64,000 nucleotides of DNA from Acidobacteriota bacterium. GTDB lineage: Bacteria > Acidobacteriota > UBA6911 > RPQK01 > JAJDTT01. Positions within the stretch are counted from its first letter, which is position 1; every line of letters starts with the position of its first letter. Location: positions 2,464,001-2,528,000 of the forward strand of contig CBDCJH010000002.1 in NCBI GenBank assembly GCA_965217775.1, read 5' to 3'. The notes under the pieces were generated by a model, which saw only the letters and a list, made by a program, of their open reading frames with translations, was not told the DNA's origin and made no database searches. This document shows positions 58,154 through 64,000 of this stretch, in pieces. The position numbers were made by a program, and so were the translations under genes.

Positions 58154-59041
58154 GTGCCAGAGAACGCATACCGTGTGGCTCCACCAGGTTTCACTCCGGA
58201 TCAATGGGAAGAATTCCAGGAAAACGGGATTCTGGTCTTGGAGAACGTCATTCCTCAGGAGGACGTGGACCGCTATGTCGAGGCCATCGATCGCGTTGCC
58301 GCCTCCGATCCGAACTATGCTCCCGGCAAGGATTTCAGGCAGCCTCACTGCGTCGCTGCGGATCCGGTTTTGAGCGCGCTCATCGATCATCCCCGCCACG
58401 TGGGCTACGGCTACGATCTCTACGGCGAGCTCTTGAAGCTCCACCGCTCGGATATCTTCATCCGGCCCCGGGACTACAAGGACGAGTCCATGTGGCACCC
58501 CGACTCGCCTCGGCCCACACCCTATGCCGTATTCTCGACGGAACTCCCTCTGCGTCTCTGCGTCGGCCTCTGGCTCACGGATCTGCCGCATGCCGGAATG
58601 GGGAACTTCATCTACATGCCGGGCAGTCATCGAAACCAGGAATTCGACCAGTACTACACTCACGAGAGCGTCCCGGGGGAAGTCCCCCTGGTGGTTCCTG
58701 CCGGAAGCATGACGGTGATGCACTGCGGGACCTGGCACCGGGTCGACGTCAACGAGACGGACGTGATCCGAAAGAACATCTTCGTGAGTTACTGCCCCTC
58801 CTGGCTCTGGGAGGGAGACCGGCGGCAATGCGATCCCCAGTGGATCGAGACCTTGAACCGGGAGCAGCGGATCATCATGCGCAGCTTTCCCACGGCCCAT
58901 GACCGAACCAATCCCCCGGCGGAGGACGTGCCCCTCTTCCTGGCTCGGGAGACGGAGGCCGACTCGGACGCCGATGCCAACTTCCGGGTCCCGCTTCGGA
59001 TCCGGAAACGCAGAACGATGCCGGAAAAACTGGCGAGCTGA
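58154..59041 (+). CDS. Phytanoyl-CoA dioxygenase (PhyH) family Fe/2OG oxygenase
   Basis: GTG after GAAGGAG; WHPD, MPGSH, GTWH, RKNIFVSY. Confidence 0.88.
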   Translation: MPENAYRVAPPGFTPDQWEEFQENGILVLENVIPQEDVDRYVEAIDRVAASDPNYAPGKDFRQPHCVAADPVLSALIDHPRHVGYGYDLYGELLKLHRSDIFIRPRDYKDESMWHPDSPRPTPYAVFSTELPLRLCVGLWLTDLPHAGMGNFIYMPGSHRNQEFDQYYTHESVPGEVPLVVPAGSMTVMHCGTWHRVDVNETDVIRKNIFVSYCPSWLWEGDRRQCDPQWIETLNREQRIIMRSFPTAHDRTNPPAEDVPLFLARETEADSDADANFRVPLRIRKRRTMPEKLAS

Positions 59042-59076
59042 CCCTCCGGCTGCGGGAGAAGGGCATCAGGCCGGAA

Positions 59077-59141
59077 ATGAAGAGGGGGACAAGATGTCCC
59101 CCCTCCTCGTATGAAGAGGGGGACAAAATGTCCCCCCTCCT
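59077..59141. repeat. 34-bp tandem REP x2
   Basis: atgaagagggggacaaRatgtcccccctcct twice. Confidence 0.8.
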
Positions 59142-59166
59142 GGTTCACGAAAGGAAATTGGGAATC

Positions 59167-60720
59167 ATGATCAAGAAGCTGTTGCTGACGACGGTCCTTA
59201 CTGCGCTCTTCTCAAGCTTGGGTTGGGCCAAGCATTCCGACCAGGTGGTTGACGTCGGAACCGCCAAGCAACTGTTCGTCGATGATGCCGTCATTGGCTC
59301 CATGGAACGAGCCTATCGGGTGCTGAATCAACCGGTGAAGTACGAGGGGAATCCGGTTCTCGAGCTGAAGCCGGAGCAGAAGGTCGGAGGCCAGGACCTG
59401 GTGGTCGTCATGGGAAACGTCATCTACGACGCCGAAGAGCGGATCTTCAAGATGTGGTACGACGCGGCCGTCTACGACTGGAGCAAGGTCTTCCTCGGTT
59501 ACGCGACCTCGAAGGACGGCATTCGCTGGGAACTGCCCAACCTGGGGCTGTTGGAACACCAGGGATCCAAGGACAACAACCTGGTCTTCACCGCCGGAAG
59601 GGGCGAGGTTGCAGGAGGCGTCTTCAAGGACGCAGTCGAAACCGACCCGGAGCGCCGCTACAAGATGATCTACCACATGCACGGTTCTCCGGGATTGGAA
59701 TCCTCGGGCAACGGCATCGGCATCGCCTTCTCCCCGGATGGGATTCACTGGAAGCGGGCCACCGGCAAACCGGTGATTCCCATGGCCGACAGCCCGAATT
59801 CGGTGATGTGGGATCCGCGATTGGGCAAGTACGTCGCCCACACCCGGGTCAATCCCGTCTACCTTCCACCGGACTGGAAGCTCCGCCGAGACCTCCGCGA
59901 TGAGTTGTGGCCCGGCGTGGAGGGAAGCTTCCTGCGGCGGGAGGTTCTGCAGAGCGAGAGTGACGACTTCCTCAAATGGGAGCCCCGGGGCGTGATCATG
60001 AGCGCCGACCGGGAAGATCCGCCTTGGAACCAGCAGTTCTACAACATGGAGTGGATGCCGTACGGCGACGTGTACTTCGGCTTCATCGCGGTCTACCACA
60101 CGCTGCCCGGACTGGAGACCGCAACCTCACGGCAGATCGAATCCGGACCCGACTGGCTGGACACGGTCGACATCCAGTTGGCTTTCAGCCGGGACGGCCG
60201 GACCTGGGAACGCGCCGGAGGACGCAACGTCTTCCTGCCTCTGGGGACCCAGCCCGAAGCCTTTGACCGCAGCATGGTCTACGTGATGCAGCACCCGCTC
60301 GTGGTGGAGGATGAGATCCGGATCTACTACGTTGGCTTCAGTGGTCTCCACTGGGCGACCCGCCGGGAAGAGGTCCAGGGAGGCAAGGTGGGTCTGGCAA
60401 AACTTCGCCTGGACGGTTTCGTGTCTATCGACGCCGGGAACGGAGTCTTGACCACCAAGCCGATCCGGATGTCCGGAGCGCGGCTCCTGGTCAATGCCGA
60501 TGCCGGTGAAGGGTCGGTCGCGGTTGAGATTCTGGAACCCGGGGGAACACCGATCGAGGGATTCGGCCGGAAAGACGCGGTGGCGGCCAAGGGTGACAGC
60601 CTGCGGCATACCATGAAGTGGACCCAGGGCTCGGACGTCGGTGGCTTGAAAGGGCGCTCCATCGTGCTGAAGTTCCACCTCGACCGGAGCAGGCTCTTTT
60701 CATTTCGTTTCGGCGATTGA
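59167..60720 (+). CDS. Secreted five-bladed beta-propeller glycosidase-like protein (GH32/GH43 clan)
   Basis: Signal peptide, QLFVDD, GNPVL, YATSKDGI.W, SPDGIHW, SRDGRTW, LRLDGFVS. Confidence 0.8.
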   Translation: MIKKLLLTTVLTALFSSLGWAKHSDQVVDVGTAKQLFVDDAVIGSMERAYRVLNQPVKYEGNPVLELKPEQKVGGQDLVVVMGNVIYDAEERIFKMWYDAAVYDWSKVFLGYATSKDGIRWELPNLGLLEHQGSKDNNLVFTAGRGEVAGGVFKDAVETDPERRYKMIYHMHGSPGLESSGNGIGIAFSPDGIHWKRATGKPVIPMADSPNSVMWDPRLGKYVAHTRVNPVYLPPDWKLRRDLRDELWPGVEGSFLRREVLQSESDDFLKWEPRGVIMSADREDPPWNQQFYNMEWMPYGDVYFGFIAVYHTLPGLETATSRQIESGPDWLDTVDIQLAFSRDGRTWERAGGRNVFLPLGTQPEAFDRSMVYVMQHPLVVEDEIRIYYVGFSGLHWATRREEVQGGKVGLAKLRLDGFVSIDAGNGVLTTKPIRMSGARLLVNADAGEGSVAVEILEPGGTPIEGFGRKDAVAAKGDSLRHTMKWTQGSDVGGLKGRSIVLKFHLDRSRLFSFRFGD

Positions 60721-60745
60721 GCCGGACTGCTTGGACCTGGCCGGC

Positions 60746-60960
60746 ATGGAGTCTGCGCGGTAGGGGGTAAGGAGCCGCAGTTGCCGGCGGCTTTCGCCAT
60801 CTTGCCGGTGCCTCAGTCTCCACCGTGACCCCGCTTCCCCTCCCCGCTCATCGAACCGGATGTGCCCTTTCCGGGCATCCGGCCCTCGGACGAGGTCATA
60901 CGCGCGCCCACGGAAAGCTTGCCGTTCGCTGTCCCAGACACGTGAGCCCCTCGCGAGGAC
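60746..60960 (-). mobile_element. Group II intron 3' fragment (end of RT ORF, domains V and VI)
   Basis: Minus strand agggccggatgcccggaaagggcacatccggttcgatgagcgggg (DV-like), gaggcaccggc..gaaagccgccggcaac (DVI-like), end gactccAT; upstream GLTCLGQRTASFPWARV*. Confidence 0.8.
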
Positions 60961-60998
60961 CTGAACGGATCCGGTCACCAACTCTCCGGGTCCGGAAT

Positions 60999-61562
60999 CT
61001 GGACACGGTCGACATCCAGTTGGCTTTCAGCCGGGACGGCCGGACCTGGGAACGCGCCGGAGGACGCAACGTCTTCCTGCCTCTGGGGACCCAGCCCGAA
61101 GCCTTTGACCGCAGCATGGTCTACGTGATGCAGCACCCGCTCGTGGTGGAGGATGAGATCCGGATCTACTACGTCGGCTTCAGCGGCCTCCACTGGGCGA
61201 CCCGCCGGGAAGAGGTCCAGGGAGGCAAGGTGGGTCTGGCAAAACTTCGCCTGGACGGTTTCGTGTCCATCGACGCCGGGAACGGAGTCTTGACCACCAA
61301 GCCGATCCGGATGTCCGGAGAAAGGCTCCTGGTCAATGCCGATGCCGGTGAAGGGTCGGTCGCGGTTGAGATTCTGGAGCCCGGGGGAACACCGATCGAG
61401 GGATTCGGCCGGAAAGACGCGGTGGCAGCCAAGGGTGACAGCCTGCGGCATACCATGAAGTGGACCCAGGGCTCGGACGTCGGTGGCTTGAAAGGGCGCT
61501 CCATCGTGCTGAAGTTCCACCTCGACCGCAGCAGGCTCTTTTCATTTCGTTTCGCCGATTGA
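60999..61562 (+). pseudogene. Duplicated 3' fragment of the glycosidase gene
   Basis: LDTVDIQLAF...FRFAD*, no native start. Confidence 0.88.
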
Positions 61563-61587
61563 GCCGGACTGCTTGGACCTGGCCGGC

Positions 61588-61690
61588 ATGGAGTCTGCGC
61601 GGTAGGGGGTAAGGAGCCGCAGTTGCCGGCGGCTTTCGCCATCTTGCCGGTGCCTCAGTCTCCACCGTGACCCCGCTTCCCCTCCCCGCT
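61588..61690 (-). mobile_element. Second group II intron terminus (domain VI only; domain V lost)
   Basis: Same sequence as 60746-60848, then breaks at CTAG 61689-92. Confidence 0.75.
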
Positions 61691-61921
61691 AGAAAGCGGG
61701 ACCGAGAAAGGGACAGTCTATTTTTTTCGCGGCCTGCCGCGAGCACGACTACACCGCGGCGGACATCAAGCCGTTGCTCCGATCCCACCGGACGGAGGTG
61801 CTGGTGGCCTGGGATCGTCCTCCCGAGGCCGTCGAGTCGATCCTACCGCCCTACGGACATGTTCAAACGACGCCACGGAATCATGGACAACCGGTCCGGT
61901 CCCTCCAGCCAGCGTTTCGGG

Positions 61922-62272
61922 TCAGGAGAAGAACCCGCGCACCGACTGCAGGACTTCCTCCATCTTCTCGATCCGGAGAGCACAGATTCGCTTGGCAATT
62001 AGCGACGAGTGCATCGTGAACCGCTTCGTCGTCTTCACCATCGACGCCTTGGGAAGCCCACCTTGCGCGAAGTCGCCGCGCCGGAGATGCACCGAGTTCG
62101 GATCATACGTGATGTACGAGGTAACGGCTGCCAGCACGAGATCCTCTCCGGAGGCGTTGAAGGAATCCGGGGAAAGGACCAGCGCGGGGCGTCTCTTGGA
62201 TGAAGTGAGATCGGTGAAGGGAAAGGATACGAGAACGATGTCGCCCTGCCTATAGGCTATCGTAGACGGCAT
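61922..62272 (-). CDS. PemK/MazF-family toxin
   Basis: GDIVLVSFPFTDLTSSKRRPALVLS, LAAVTS, GGLPKASMVK. Confidence 0.92.
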   Translation of the reverse strand: MPSTIAYRQGDIVLVSFPFTDLTSSKRRPALVLSPDSFNASGEDLVLAAVTSYITYDPNSVHLRRGDFAQGGLPKASMVKTTKRFTMHSSLIAKRICALRIEKMEEVLQSVRGFFS

Positions 62273-62450
62273 CCTCCTCGTTCTCCCAGAACTCGAAGCT
62301 GCGCTCCGAACCCTTCAACCACGGAACATCCGCCGCAAGCCGTTTCAACTCGCTCTCTGAGAGGACTTGGTAGACCTCATCGGGTGTGGGTCCCTCCACC
62401 TCCTGAAGGGGCGCGAAGACCCCATCCCGGTATTCTACCTTGATGCTCAT
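62250..62450 (-). CDS. Antitoxin (AF2212/DUF104-like N-terminus)
   Basis: IKVEYRDGVFAPL; acidic tail FWENEEDAVYDSL; overlaps the toxin. Confidence 0.78.
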   Translation of the reverse strand: MSIKVEYRDGVFAPLQEVEGPTPDEVYQVLSESELKRLAADVPWLKGSERSFEFWENEEDAVYDSL

Positions 62451-62466
62451 GGTCCATTCACTCTAG

Positions 62467-62803
62467 CAGTAAACGGGCAGCACCGCCAGACTTCCCCGGA
62501 GTGCCCACTGGCCCCGTTCGAGCCCGCGGCCGTTCCGCCACGGTGGCGGAGGAATCCGGCCGGTGCACGTGACCGATGCGCTGGCTTGTGACCCGCTACC
62601 GGTCACAAACCAGCCTACCCCATTCCTCCTCCGGTCGCGGTCCCTCCACATGTTTCCGACCGCGCCGGATGGCAGCGTCCGTGTCCACAGTGCGCCACCG
62701 CCTCCTCCCGCGTATCACCAGCCGGACTCGCGGGCTGACAAGCCACGGCCATAGCTGGTTGCTTTCGCGTGCGCGCTCCTTCGGGCACGTGCCTTTGATG
62801 CAC
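62467..62803 (-). mobile_element. Probable group II intron 5' fragment (domain I)
   Basis: Starts GTGCATCAAAGGCACGTG (GUGYG-like); ggaggcggtggcg, atccggcgcggtcgg..gggaccgcgac, cccgtttactg resemble domain I motifs recalled from bacterial group II introns; no credible ORF. Confidence 0.55.
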
Positions 62804-62909
62804 ATTGAGTTTTCGCACGCGGCACACAGCACGCGCGAGTCGCTTGGGTGACGAGCGTCGAGATCGGAAGGCTTAGCTATCAGCCCGTGGCAAGATTCCG
62901 GGAAATAAC

Positions 62910-63140
62910 GCCAGACCTCTGACACAAAAAAACCAATTGCAGCCTCATCGAAAGAAGTAATGGCGGATCCCGCTCCGGGGCAGCGCCGCATTCCCAGCCT
63001 GGCCAAGATGCAACGCGAGATCGAGGCTTGGGTCCTGGATCGGAATCAACGCCAAACCGAGATCAACTGGCAGTTCAAGACGGAGGATGCACGGATCAAG
63101 CTGAAGAGCCTGTATCCACAACTTTAAGAGTTAACGGAGC
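62910..63140 (+). pseudogene. Internally deleted IS630-family transposase remnant
   Basis: KKNQLQPHRKK*WRIP at a poly-A run, joined to RRIPSL..W..DRN....INWQFKTEDARIKLKSLYPQL*. Confidence 0.8.
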
Positions 63141-63442
63141 GGCGGTTTGTCACCGCCGACTTGCGAACGGGACTCTGGGGAATGGGGGACAAGAATGTCC
63201 CCTCCTATCAGTTGGAGGCTTTTTCACGTTGTTCTTCCGGCACGACACCAACAAATGTCAATTTTTGGCTGGAATGGGCTCACCGAGGCCGGGAACAGCC
63301 ACGGCACATGGAGATTCGGACCGGGTGGGAAGAGTCGGGAGAAGTCCCTTCATTTCAGTTGACCAATGTCCTCCGGAATATCGCCGTTCGCAATCGATCG
63401 AGGGGTTCAGGAGGGGATGTCCTTTCAACTACTCTCGGCGGG

Positions 63443-64000
63443 TCATCTTTGAATCGGCACCACCGGCAGGGTGGTGAAGATCCGGTTGCCGGTGTCCAGT
63501 TCCACCGCGACTCCGGTGAACATGGCTTCCCCGGCCGCCGTGCATCTCACCGATCCGACGAAGTCTCTGGTATCCGTCCGGGTGAAGACCTCTTCGATGA
63601 AACTGGCTTGCTGTCCGTGGGCGTCGAGACGGACGTCCACCTCTTCCAGCGCCTCGCCCCCGCTCATCAACCGGCACCGCACCGTTGCGCGCTGCGCCGC
63701 CAGGTTGCGGATCGCCGCCGCGGTGCGGATCCCGGCTGGCTGCCGGCGCGCCGGGAACAGGGCGTCCACCGTGGGTTGACTCGCTCCCACTCCGGCCACG
63801 CCGACGCCGGGAATGTCGAAGCGCAGGACGCCGCCGATGGGCCCGTTCGCCACCACCCGCACCGATCCGGTCACCACGTCTCCGCGGCCGTGGGTCGAGA
63901 TCGTCAGCTCGCCCAGACGGGCCATGGCGGTTCGCAGGGTCAGACCTCCGTCCTCTCGGACGAGAAGATGGTCTTCGACCTCCACCATCGATTCCGGCTC
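63443..64000 (-). CDS. C-terminal beta-rich domain of a large surface protein, 5' part outside the window
   Basis: Open frame with host-like codon usage; GSVRVV..GPIGGVLRF..GVAGVG, ends FTTLPVVPIQR. Confidence 0.7.
   Translation of the reverse strand, partial: EPESMVEVEDHLLVREDGGLTLRTAMARLGELTISTHGRGDVVTGSVRVVANGPIGGVLRFDIPGVGVAGVGASQPTVDALFPARRQPAGIRTAAAIRNLAAQRATVRCRLMSGGEALEEVDVRLDAHGQQASFIEEVFTRTDTRDFVGSVRCTAAGEAMFTGVAVELDTGNRIFTTLPVVPIQR

Larger units (their letters stand above)
60157..61690 (+). repeat. 692-bp direct duplication (60157-60848 and 60999-61690)
   Basis: Offset 842; about 11 substitutions, mostly at synonymous sites; covers the glycosidase 3' end and the intron terminus. 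Confidence 0.95.

Noticed and set aside
60157-61690. Duplicated segment as a DGR template/variable repeat pair
   Set aside because: Differences include T/C and G/C changes, mostly synonymous and not confined to adenines of one copy; the repeat is too long; no intact RT
61774-61900. LRSHRTEVLVAW as an ISL3 transposase remnant
   Set aside because: The match is too short and degenerate to support without a search
62740-62800. Possible c-di-GMP riboswitch on the minus strand
   Set aside because: Only a loose GGCA..GAAG..ACGC resemblance; better explained as a group II intron 5' end

Overview
GC-rich bacterial window, most likely Acidobacteriota (GWxTD, CRTAC1/ASPIC-UnbV, TPR and DUF1501/DUF1549/DUF1553 genes). 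Plant-type LRR proteins and many TA modules suggest a host-associated lineage such as a sponge symbiont, which is inference only. The backbone encodes ABC transporters, SDR/VOC/aldolase/glycosidase catabolic genes, a 2-oxoacid/acetoin dehydrogenase E1a/E1b/E2 set and planctomycete-type cytochrome c clusters. Four mobile-DNA signals stand out. (1) A 158-bp hairpin MITE is present in 6 copies with a 4-bp target duplication (158+4=162 bp=54 codons), and two copies sit in frame inside genes, as Rickettsia palindromic elements do. (2) An intact IS110 element lies in a REP array, and its bridge-RNA target and donor guides, CC core and circle-junction promoter can be read from the sequence. (3) Three host-gene 3' ends are duplicated around foreign cargo (TA modules in two cases) with no integrase. 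(4) A decayed group II intron appears to have its interior replaced by a MazF-type TA pair. Unusual proteins include an enoyl-CoA reductase/hydratase fusion resembling propionyl-CoA synthase, and a repeat + HNH-like + membrane protein. No rRNA, tRNA or CRISPR array was seen. All family calls come from motif recognition, not database searches.
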